In this document: positions 11,795-22,064 of the stretch, in pieces
Layout of the letters: the number at the start of each line of letters is the position of its first letter
How positions within the stretch are numbered: the stretch's first letter is position 1
DNA from: Ionaspis alba
Taxonomy: Eukaryota
Direction: 5' to 3'
Length of the DNA: 48,230 bases
NCBI GenBank assembly: GCA_964255285.1
Contig: CAXUUL010000041.1
Location: forward strand, 1-48,230
The notes under the pieces: generated by a model
Seen by the model: only the letters and a program-made list of their open reading frames with translations
Databases searched by the model: none
Told to the model about the DNA's origin: nothing
Made by a program: the position numbers and the translations under genes

Positions 11795-12969
11795 ATGCCG
11801 CACAAACACCGGCGAGATCCAACCCAAAACAAAGACTTGTAAGATCCCCGAATGCAACATCGCAAGTCGGCGTCTTTCCATCAATCTGACAACCACTACT
11901 CTCGCAGGTACAATCTCCCACCCACAACTCTTGCGAAACCCCTTCCCGTCACCAAATCATCCAAAGCACCTCCCGCTACCAAATCGTCCAAACCCGGAGA
12001 AAGCTCTCAGAACCGCAGCCTCAAACGCAAGCGTCCAGCGAAAGATGCCTCCACAGACGACACCCCCCGCGNNNNNNNNNNNNNNNNNNNNNNNNNNNNN
12101 NNNNNNNNNNNNNNNNNNNNNNNNNNNNNNNNNNNNNNNNNNNNNNNNNNNNNNNNNNNNNNNNNNNNNNNAGCCTCAAACGCAAGCGTCCAGCGAAAGA
12201 TGCCTCCACAGACGACACCCCCCGCGCCTTTGCCCGCCTCCTAGCCTTCACCAAGGGCGTCAAACCCCGCTCTGGTCTCGACGACGGCGTCCGCCCCACC
12301 AAAAAGCAAAAGAAAAAGCAACAGCAAAAGCCCAGCTCGGAACCCCTTCCCGACATTACCAACAAATCCACAATCCCGAAAATCGCCCCTGGCGAACACA
12401 TTTCCGAATATGGCGCCCGTGTCGATGCTCTCCTGCCTGTGTCGGGGTTGATCAACAAGTCCGGAAAGGGAGGCAAGGATCTACCGGGCGTGAAGGTTAG
12501 GCAAACGAAGTTGGAAAGGAAGATGCAGAGGATGCAGGCCGAGTGGAGGGAGGCTGATAAGAAGAGGAAGGAGAGGTTACTGGCTGAGAAGGAGGAGGCG
12601 GAGGATGGGGAGGAGAACATTTGGGCGGGAAGGAAGCGGGGTGTGAAGAAGGGGAAGGGGAGGGGAAAGGAGGAGAGTGATGATGAGGATCCTTGGGCGG
12701 TGGTTGGTCGGAATAGGAATGCTGTGTCAGGGAAGCCAGCGATAGGGGGCTTGGTGGGATTGCATGATGTGGTACAGGCACCGCCGCAGTTCGCGAAGGT
12801 CCCACGAGAGAAGTTCAAGGTTAGGGACGGGGCGGGTGTGGATGTAGTGAATGTCCCTGGGGCAGCGGGAAGTTTACGGAGGAGAGAGGAGCTAGGAGCA
12901 GCAAGGAAGGCGGTTGTGGAGGGCTATAAGGCGATGATGAAGGAACGGAGGGGTCTGCAGGAAACGTAA
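11795..12969 (+). CDS. Conserved basic coiled-coil protein (UPF0653/CCDC137-like, probably nucleolar), ~316 aa after collapsing the false gap
   Basis: Exon 1 11795-11838 (MPHKHRRDPTQNKD), intron GTAAGA...CTGAC...CAG, exon 2 from 11908. Removing the gap and one 55-nt duplicate gives one frame: DDTPRAFARL...IAPGEHISEYGARVD...DVVQAPP...LRRREELGAARKAVVEGYKAMM. Confidence 0.75.
12017..12226. other. Scaffold gap (12072-12171) flanked by an exact 55-nt duplication; likely assembly artefact
   Basis: 12017-12071 is identical to 12172-12226; merging them restores the reading frame. Confidence 0.9.
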
Positions 12970-13859
12970 TAAGACTCTGTACTTGTGTTTATATTCATGA
13001 GTATCATCAGCATCGTCCAAGTGAAGAAAAATAGTCTCTCGATTGTCCTTAGAATCGTGACCAATTAGAAGCATCCATTCCTATTAGTGTCCTTGGCAGA
13101 ATCTCGAGATGCTTGGCGAATGGCCAACTTCACGTCTCTCCAATTTTTTGGTCCGGCTCAGAACGATGGAAGCAGGAGACGCCTGCCATTCTCACAAAGG
13201 GACAGCCCTCATTGTCAATGGCTTCTAAAACAGAAGGCACTGTCAGACCTGACAAACAGGGAAATATATGACGGGAGGACTTCTCCATCTTCTATGTCGC
13301 TTTTATCTATTGCTCTGCTGCTTCCTCTTTTCTTTCCTTCTTCCTGATCTTCATTGATTTTGCGACTTTATTCGGTGTGACACATTCAGTGTCGCGGCTT
13401 CCTATACGCCGTGTCAGCACCCGCCTCCATGTATCTTCGTCGTAAAGAAGAACCTGCCAATTAAACAACGCTTTCTAGCGCCAAGAAGTTCTGCAAGCTG
13501 AATATTTGAATGTTTGAATGGGGTTTTCGTACTGCCATAGCACTTTGCAGTGGCCCCCCTATGTTTAAAGGACCATGAGATGTGGTTTGCAACATGTGTA
13601 TTCCCTTATTCAGGATTTTGCGACAACACATAATGGTATTCTAATGTCGTATCCTCTGAGGCGGAGACCTTCAATTGCTGTTTTATGTGGAACTGAGTAG
13701 AATTCTGCACCGACGTTCGCTTTCTACCTGGGTATCTTTACAAAAGCAAGGCAATATGCCAGATCATACAGAGAAGGAAAAGAAGGCAGAAGGCGTCCGC
13801 CCTAGTCAATCCTCACTGCTTTTGTGACATCTCCATCTCCAATAGCTGTATTCCGGCCC

Positions 13860-14561
13860 TCATCGCTTGTTGCCGGGCTTTTTCTTTTTCGATGGCCCCT
13901 CGTTGTCGTCCTTCTCCTTGTCCTTCTTGTTCGGGTCAACGAGCTTAGTGAATTCGCCACTGTAGAATGAAGTGTTAGCGGTTGCCTACAATGACAATCA
14001 TGGAAAACATATGATGATGAAGAGAAATACGACTTACTTCACTTCGACGATGCCTTTGTTCAGAGTGTTCTGATTAATAGGCCTCATCACCTCGTACCAA
14101 TAGCTTTTCATTAATTCCTCGGAGATCTTCTCGGGATCAACGTCTACAGCCACCAAGATGGTGGCAAGGGTCGGGCTAGACTTGTCAAACTTCTGAGTGC
14201 CAGTCCTGCTCGTGCGAACAAGCTCGGCAAAATACTTGACAGCATTTTTGTTGACTTGAAGTTGGATGTTGAAGGCCTTCGCGCCACTCGGGAGGCTGGC
14301 TGTTTTCTATATAATGTATGTCAGTCATCAGTGAGTAAAGACAAGAATAGTGAGAGCAGCGTGTTGTGAGATATGTGGTAGGTAAGAGAGTGGAGGCCGG
14401 AACGAGCTTGGATGACTTACACCTTGAAGATCAATGCGGAGGCTTTCCCCTTCGGCGAGGGTGCATTTGTCCTTTACGAGGCCAAAGAACCCCAGAAACT
14501 CATTGTCTTTGACTTCCTCTTCCAGAAAGTCCTCTAAGAGCTTTTCATACGTCGTCGGCAT
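13860..14561 (-). CDS. Hypothetical protein, ~169 aa, 3 exons, Lys-rich C-terminal tail
   Basis: Exons 14561-14421, 14306-14038, 13959-13860; both introns have GTAAGT donors, CTGAC/CTAAC branch sites and YAG acceptors; the frame stays open for 510 nt and ends GPSKKKKPGNKR*. Confidence 0.75.
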
Positions 14562-14663
14562 GTTGGACGTGTTAGACCAAGATTGAACACGAGACGGCAA
14601 GGTTTGATCGGATGAAAGACAGGTAAGGATTGAAGGATATCAAAGATCTGGAGGGTGAATGTG

Positions 14664-14782
14664 GTGAAAACTATCGTGCGGTGAGTTGAGTGACCAAGAA
14701 GGCTACGAGTCAACGTGAGGTGAAACTATTGTGTGGTGGATTGAGTGAAGAGGAGGGTTACGAGCCAACGAAGTGAATCTAT
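14664..14782. repeat. Imperfect ~56-bp tandem duplication (2 copies plus a partial third)
   Basis: GTGAAAACTATCGTGCGGTGAGTTGAGTGACCAAGAAGGCTACGAGTCAACG versus GTGAAACTATTGTGTGGTGGATTGAGTGAAGAGGAGGGTTACGAGCCAACG. Confidence 0.75.
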
Positions 14783-15147
14783 AGAACCTATTGGACCATC
14801 ACTTGCTCGGCAATTCATTCACTTTGATCACGCAAACGATCAACACCTTCAGTGAATGATTATTCTGATACGCAAGAGTCATACACTTCGAAGCTTAACT
14901 GAGCAGGATGATTGCCTGAAGCACGTGCTCGTCCTTCTCCAGCACTGGCGCAAACCCTAATCCAGGTAGATCACTCCTTACGACTGCGAAGTTCTGACTA
15001 GTGGTTCTCATCGCCTACCAGATCAAGCAGCCGTGACTCTTCCAATGCTCTCAGTTCACCCGACCGAGCCTGGTCCCACATTTCCATCACGCGGCCATCC
15101 ACCCCTTCCTTTACTCCTACCTCTCCTGCCTTATCCTCCGCTCCCTC

Positions 15148-17868
15148 TCAATCGTTCTCCTCATCATCTGCCTCGAGCTGATCCGCGAGCCAATTCATGA
15201 GCCCTCGTTCATTCTGGTTGGGGTTCATAGCCCACTTGTCGAGTTGTGACTCAAACGTCACCTCCTCATCGTAAAGCTTAACAAGAGATGACTGGAGCTC
15301 TTCAAGGCGCTGCCTGTAGATCGGACGGAGATGGCTGGCAATGATTCGAAATTGCTCAAGCCCCAAAGCACCCCAGAACTCTTCTGGATCATCGTAGCTG
15401 CTAAGTCTCTTGACCTCGTCTAAGTCGGATTCGTCGACCTCATCCAAGTCAATGAACGTGGGGTAGCCACAGCCAGATCTTCGGATGTATGGCTTGAACT
15501 CATTGTGCTCCCAGTCCAGAAGAGCAGTAATATTGCCATGTGCATCAACCAAAAGATTGCTGGCAGAAATATCGTCGTGAAGTAACAACGTCGTAGGATC
15601 ATCGTCAGGGCTTGGAAAATTGATGGTAGGGATAGCGTTGCGTAGTGCCCGAACAGCGGGGAGACTTGTATCATCCCAATGAAGTTGTGGGCCGCTGCTC
15701 CTCGCATCCTTCCTCTCATTCTCATCAAGCCCACTCAAGATGGCTTCTTTGTCTGATTTGAGCAATTCCAATGCTTCCTCCTGCTCTGGTGCGAGTTTGC
15801 CCCGATTGAGGAGCAAGTAGACTGGATCGAACATTTCCTTGAGCAGGACATCAAGGAAGGCTTCATAATACTCATTAATGCATCTGAAGGGTCCACGAGG
15901 CACATCGTAAGTATGTCTTCGATTCCAGTAGAAGCTCGACTCCACAGTACGACCAATGAAAAATTCTAGATGTGTAGTCGTCCAGCGAAGATAAAGCCCG
16001 CCGATCAGAGTATCCGTCATGCGCGACAACTCGTTCTGCCAATTCGCCACTTGCTGTGTAATCTGCATGTGCGTGGCGTTGTCGAGGTCAAGCCACCTTC
16101 GGATAAGAGGTTCTCCACCCATCTTCTCCATAAGCATCCACTCGAGACCAAGCTTATTATTGGCCGATGAATCGTATGCGTATATGATCGGCACAGGAAT
16201 GCTGGTGAAGTGTCTGACGAGCTCAGTAGTAGCGACGTCGCTCTCCGTCTTGTAGTATGGATAAATTGGAATGGGCACTCTCATAATGAACTCGTGCTTG
16301 GTTCCCCGCCTGCTCTTGATTCTGATGTTGTAGACGCTATGAAAGCCCCCGGTTGTGATCAAGGTGACTTTGCAAGTTCGTGAACGGAAGCTAGAGTCTA
16401 GGAGCTTTAGGACTGGCTTGATCGTCCTTCTGACGAGATTGATATCTGGTTCTACTCTCCAGGTATCCTCTGGAGGCTTGAACACGAAGTGCTTGTGTTT
16501 GATCCAGTGCTTGAATCTCTCAGCTGTCCATGGTTGAGGACCACTGTCTCCCATGCGAAGTGGGTAAGTTGGTCTTAAAACCTTCCGGAATGTGGTGTCA
16601 GATGGATTGAAATCTTCTTGGTCTGGTGTCAAAGGTGGTGTCTGGTAAGGTGCCTTGTCTTCGAGATCGTCGGCTTCGGATGAGCTGGTAGGGCTAGATG
16701 GTGGACTGTCATGTGTTGGAGAGACAAAGGCTTGGTGTTCGTCTGAAATGTGACGCAACTCCATGGCTGCTGGGGACCGGTGACTATACGCAATATTAGC
16801 ATTATCAAAATGATATCATGCAGAGCGATTGAACTTACTCGGAGCAATCTGAGCCGTGCTGGTGTGTTTCCTCATGGTGCAGACCAGGAGCGTTAGACTC
16901 GTTACGAGAGGTCTCAGAAACATCCATCTCCACGTCTTTGAGTGGCTTGCTGAATGGTTCCATGTCAGTGCATGAGCTCAGCTTAATCTCGAGAGCCACC
17001 ACATACCCAATGCCGTCTTCATCAGACACACAAGTTAGACCGTGCCTCGGCAGCGCATGTACTTCCGGTATTTGCTCCAATGCATCTGAAAACACTTCGT
17101 CGCCCATCGTCGTGTCTGAGGGGTAAGAACAATCTGAGGAGGTGGACGTTGTATCACTTGAACTCCCTGATGACGACGATGATGTTTCGCTGACGCTTCG
17201 CAGGGTCGGGATGAACGAGGTGGAAAGCTTCGACTTAGTCAATCTCAAGATCGGTTGTGTTTCGTGAATGATTTGCGGAGTTTGTGTTGATGAGCAGGCT
17301 GCCTCAGCCGTGGCCTTCTTTGAGGTCGACGATGTTCCGTTGACACTTTGTGGAGTGTGGACCGATGAGCTAGCTGTCCCCAGTGCGGCCACTTTCGAGG
17401 TCGACGATGCTTCGCCGGTAGTTTGAGTAGTCTGACTCGATGAGCTGGCAGGATTGGACAAAGCTACTTCCGAAGCTGACGATGTTTCGCTAGCACTTTC
17501 GGGTTTCTGAGTTGGTGAGCTGGCTGTCCTGGGCTTAGCCACCTTCAGAATGAATGAGTCCTTGTCTTCTGCGACGAGGTCAATGTCGATCGGGTCAGGC
17601 AGAGTTCTAGCAGCATGTCAGTCCCTACCAAGTGGATTATCATGGATACTGCTTACTTCTGTGCCTTGATGTAACGTAGGATGTGCTTCCGCGATATCTT
17701 ACGGGCACGACGGCGACGACTTGCTTCCAATGGGATGTTCACCTCATCAGCGTCTTGAGCTGGCAGACAAAGGTTGCTTGTTTCTGGAAATGGCGTAGAC
17801 ATGCCACATTCGGGTTCTCTGCGCTCATCGTCTACACTTTCGACCTGCGCCTGAACTTCAGCCATCAT
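15148..17868 (-). CDS. Aminoglycoside phosphotransferase (APH)/choline-kinase-like protein with long Ser/Thr-rich N-terminal extension, ~871 aa, 3 exons
   Basis: Exons 17868-17657, 17606-16839, 16783-15148 join in frame via GTAAGC/GTAAGT donors. Kinase-like motifs GGFHSVY, IPVPIIYAYD, EWMLMEKMGG, Brenner-type HDDISASNLLVD and LLDWE. Confidence 0.8.
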
Positions 17869-18076
17869 GAGGAGTATCTCTCTTAACTTGTGAAGCGGTT
17901 GGTCAGGTTTGGGTACAGAACAAAGGTAGTAGCAGAGTACCACAGTTGCACTGCCAGAGAGAAAATTTGATACAACGTGACCTGGGTATGAGTGAACTAA
18001 TGAAAGATTCGTGTGAAAGAGGATTGAGGTAGAAGTTGGACGGAAAGATTGACGAATGTTAAGGTAAGTTTCAAGA

Positions 18077-18201
18077 AAACGCGTGCTATTCCGAGATTCC
18101 GCACGACCGAACAATACGTATGAGTCACGGTACTGGAAATGTGTTGAGACAAGATTCCTTGTGGAGCTCTGCACAGTAGTGTTGACGAAACGCGTGGTAT
18201 T
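18077..18201. promoter_or_regulatory. Two perfect MCB-like ACGCGT boxes in a repeated AAACGCGTGSTATT context, upstream of the APH-like gene
   Basis: ACGCGT at 18079-18084 and 18190-18195, about 210 and 320 bp upstream of the ATG at 17868. Confidence 0.4.
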
Positions 18202-18575
18202 GGCACAGATGGAAAAAGAAAGCCTGGCTACTATCTACCTTGTCTAAGTCGTTGTCGCATTACTACCGCATGGTGCTCTATAGGTACAGCGAAGAGGCGA
18301 AGCGAAAGGAACAGGTCTCATTATTACAGTTCCCTTTGCTTGCCGACCAAGGAGTGGTAATAAGTATGATATGGAATGCTTGTCTTGATATCTAAGAGGT
18401 ATCGATCTTCAACAATCAATCAGGGCAAAAGCTATTGATGCAGCTACTGAAGATCCCTGCCTGATGGCTTCCCAAATGGTACGTAGTGAGCAATCCTACA
18501 AACCTGAGTAATTGACACAAAAGGCTGTGTCACGTTCGAATAATCCAAGTAAATCAAGTTCATTGCCAGTTGCAT

Positions 18576-19839
18576 CTACTGTTTGCCCTTCTTGGATTTC
18601 TTTTTCTTTGGCTTCGACTCTTCCTCGCCAGTCTCATCACCAGTAGAAGTCCTACGCTTCTTCCTCTCCACCCCATTCTTCGTTATCGCTTCTTCCTGTC
18701 CTGCAATCTTGCTCTTCTTCTTCTTCGGCTTGGACGTCTCAGCTACAGCTTCAACGACTGCGGATTCTTCTGAATCTCGCTTCCGTTTCTTTTCCTCCTT
18801 CTGCTTCCGTTTCGCCTCCTTCTCCTTCAGTCGCACATCTACCTCTGCTGAAATATCCTCGAACTCTACCTTCTTCTCAAATGTCTGGGGAAAAGGACCT
18901 TCATGCTTCGTTTTCGACTTCTTAACCCTGTCCCCAATTGGTTCCGTTTCGGGTTGAGCTTCAGACGCTCTCTTGGCTGGTTGAGCAGAAACACCTGGTA
19001 TATTGACAAGGGTTGGGTTGACATCGATAACGAAATATGGATTTCCGTCATCCTTGACATCACCTACACTCTGCGATTCTGTTTTCTTTGCATCTGGCTG
19101 TGCACTGGGTCCTGTTCCATTAGGAGCCACCAGCGCTGTCCCAGCATCAGAGCCAGACCCAGTGCCACTTCCACTCCCCTCGCCGCGTGCTGCTTTAGCG
19201 GCCCTTATTTGTGCGAGAGTCCTCTTCTTGACCCCTCTTGCCTGCCCAAGTTCATACTGTGGTCCATCAGGAGTGACATTGAAATCAATTCCTTTCGCCT
19301 TAGCGGCAGACCACTCCGAACCGAACTCTTGGGCTGCTTCTCCATATTGATGGTCTGCTGGCGAGTACCCGGGATACATAGAGGCGGAGGAAGATCCAAT
19401 GGGTACCGCCTCCCGGTGATTTGGTGGTGGTACCTAAGCGCATGTTAGATGCGATGATTCATGGAGCAGTATTTGCAAATAAACCTACGAAGCTCCGAGT
19501 AGCATCTTTAGACATGCGTAGCATTTCCTGAGCTCTTTCGACCATCTGGTTGATTGTCCGCCAATTGCCAGTGTTTGGTACAGTGTGCTTCCTGATCATA
19601 TCGATCATCTTGAGATGACCTTCGACAACCGAGATGTGGTGCTTGAAGATCTACATGTCCTATTGTCAGTAGGTGATAACCCTGCCTGCAACATAGCATA
19701 CCTCCGGCCAAGGAATATGCCTTGCTGGTCGAGGTCCACCACCAGTCCATCGCTTCGGTCCGCCCCGCAATCCTCCACCTTTGAGATGGGAGCCTGGCGG
19801 ATGCTGAGGCGCGTGCAGGGCCTTTCCACCGTTGGCCAT
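18576..19839 (-). CDS. Hypothetical Lys/Glu-rich, probably nuclear/nucleolar protein, ~385 aa, 3 exons
   Basis: Exons 19839-19702 (MANGGKALHAPQ...IPWPE), 19650-19489 (IFKHHISVVEGHLKMIDMIR...), 19433-18576; donors GTATGC and GTAGGT; FVIDVNPT motif and KKKK-rich tail. Confidence 0.75.
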
Positions 19840-20529
19840 ATTGTAACGCGCGAAACCGATCGAAACGAACTGCTCTCGGGAGTCGATGTTGTTTCTCAGT
19901 GGGCAAGGAGTCGAGTCGCGATTCGTGGGGACCGAATTTCCAAAAAATTGCATGCCAAGAAATTGCGGACACTAAGCTCAAAGCCTACTAGCTCAGCCCT
20001 CGTCACTAAGCTTGCCTTGTGGACAAAACACAGTACAAGCTTAGAGGTCTTGAAGCTACGCATGGAGCATGGAGCTCTGAGAGCGATAAGCTCATCAAAA
20101 TGTCTCAGAAAGATGGTTGAATATAAGAAGACTCCAGCGAGCACCAGACCTCAACCAGGACTGGCCGAATCCTCCACGTTCCGTGTGCTTATAGAACGAT
20201 ACCTATTCATTTCAGATCAGCATCGTTCATCCAAGCATCTGCTGCGCGGTGAGATAGTCCACTCAGGGTGAGGTTAGGAGCTTTAGAACTCATGCAGGCA
20301 TGTTCACGATACGTTCGTCTTCTTATCTCGTTTCATTGTTCAAAAACTAGAGACCTAGTGCAAGTTTTGTCTCGGATACCTTCTTTAGCAGCGAAGAATA
20401 ATTACCACGAACACCTCTCAAAAATCCTATCTCTTAAAATCAATCTTCATTTGAAGGACTACTCCTAGCTGCGATCATTGCTTTGCACTTTTAACTGTGC
20501 TTTCAGCATTACAAATTTATTTGTTTCCA

Positions 20530-21294
20530 ATGGCAGATCGTCCTTACACCACTAGAACTCCTCCCGATCCAGTATTGGCCATTGACCCCGCCCTGCTTTC
20601 TCGTCCTCTCTCTCCAAGCTCCGCAACGCTGGGAAATGTGTTACCGCCTTCGTCGCCATTATTTGAAACTCAGCAGCCACTACCAGAGATTTCGCCCCAA
20701 CTACTATCTTCACCAATTTGGTTTACGCAACCGCCTGAAGCCCAAGAACCAGTGATCGCAAGTTCTGGCACACGATCGGTTGCTTACTCTCCTATGCAAG
20801 AGAGGCTCAACGGCGGTTTCGTAACTCGCGCTCAATCCCAACCGCCGGGAGTCCAGCTCCCACCGTCAGTGCCACGTAATCTAGACTACTCAGTCGAGGT
20901 CGGCCGTCCAAGATCCATTGAGCGTTTCTCAGTTCGACGATATCATCCGTACCCCCAAAACGTTCGATCTCAACGTACACATGCTTCTGCTTCTACTTCT
21001 ACACCATCTAGGAGACGATCCGTGCAAACTAGTTACCCAAGTGAAGACAGTTCGCCGACAAACGAGAATTCGGTCCCAATAACACAACCTATTTTGACCA
21101 AGCGGGAAGATCCAATGAACTACCCGTTCATATTTCACAGAGATCAAACCATGCTATCGTTTGGGGTTCTAGCGCGTCTGTCAGAGCTGGAAGGAATTTG
21201 CTTGGAGATAAGGACATTCCTAGCGAAGGGATATTGTATTGGTGATGGAGAAGGCGGCGAGCAGCGGAAGCGGCATATGGAGATTGAGCAGTGA
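20530..21294 (+). CDS. Hypothetical Pro/Ser-rich protein, ~254 aa
   Basis: Uninterrupted ORF from the ATG at 20530 (MADRPYTT...); low-complexity body with a more ordered C-terminal helix; no family recognised. Confidence 0.5.
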   Translation: MADRPYTTRTPPDPVLAIDPALLSRPLSPSSATLGNVLPPSSPLFETQQPLPEISPQLLSSPIWFTQPPEAQEPVIASSGTRSVAYSPMQERLNGGFVTRAQSQPPGVQLPPSVPRNLDYSVEVGRPRSIERFSVRRYHPYPQNVRSQRTHASASTSTPSRRRSVQTSYPSEDSSPTNENSVPITQPILTKREDPMNYPFIFHRDQTMLSFGVLARLSELEGICLEIRTFLAKGYCIGDGEGGEQRKRHMEIEQ

Positions 21295-22064
21295 GTTTCG
21301 ACATCCAAAGATTATTTGCTTAAATCTTCATCATACCTTCCAATCATCCAGACCACTTGCCGGTATTTGGTCGCAAACAGATGGCTCAACTTGGTCGTGT
21401 TCTTTTCGAGCTTCGAATTCTCATTTCGCATTCCAAGCATTGAACAGCTTAGAACAGAAACTGGATAATGACTTGAGGCTACTCCGGGGCGCGGTCTACA
21501 CTCACTGACGATCGGTAACAGAGCTCGACTAAATGCCCGTAACCAAAATCGACAATGTACCGAGCTCACCGAGCCGCTCATTCCTCTCTCTTTGCATCAA
21601 GAACTCTCATCCTCTAGCCAACCGCCTTCCGGAGCTAATCTCCTCCTACCAAGAACAGGTGCGGACGTTAGGGCTCTCACGCGTAAGCCCTCTATTGTCT
21701 CGACGGTTGTGTGTCATCAAGGAACTGGCTGGTACCTAACATTCGAATAGATGCTGAGCTCGATAGAATCCTTAATGCCTACAGCATCCTTTTCAGCCCA
21801 ACTGCATTTCTTTGGGAAAAGAAATTGCTGTACCTACGTTTTATTGGAGCTGGAAGAGGATTGATGCATCGTGTGCTGGACTAGCCTGCCAGAGTTGCAG
21901 TAATTGGAAGTTTTCTATAGCTAGAAGCAATGCAAATGCTCGAGACATAGCTCAAAGAATCTGTACTACACACAGTAGTAATCTCCACGAGCCAGTATTC
22001 CATTCCAATACAAGGCGTGGAGCCCATACAGCCATATACCGCCTCCGCAAATGCATCAAACACT

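Noticed and set aside
12021..12818. 265-aa minus-strand ORF
   Set aside because: Antisense shadow of the plus-strand gene and runs through the N-gap.
19585..20271. 228-aa plus-strand ORF
   Set aside because: Overlaps antisense to exons 1-2 of the better-supported minus-strand spliced gene, has a non-ATG start and no recognisable motifs.
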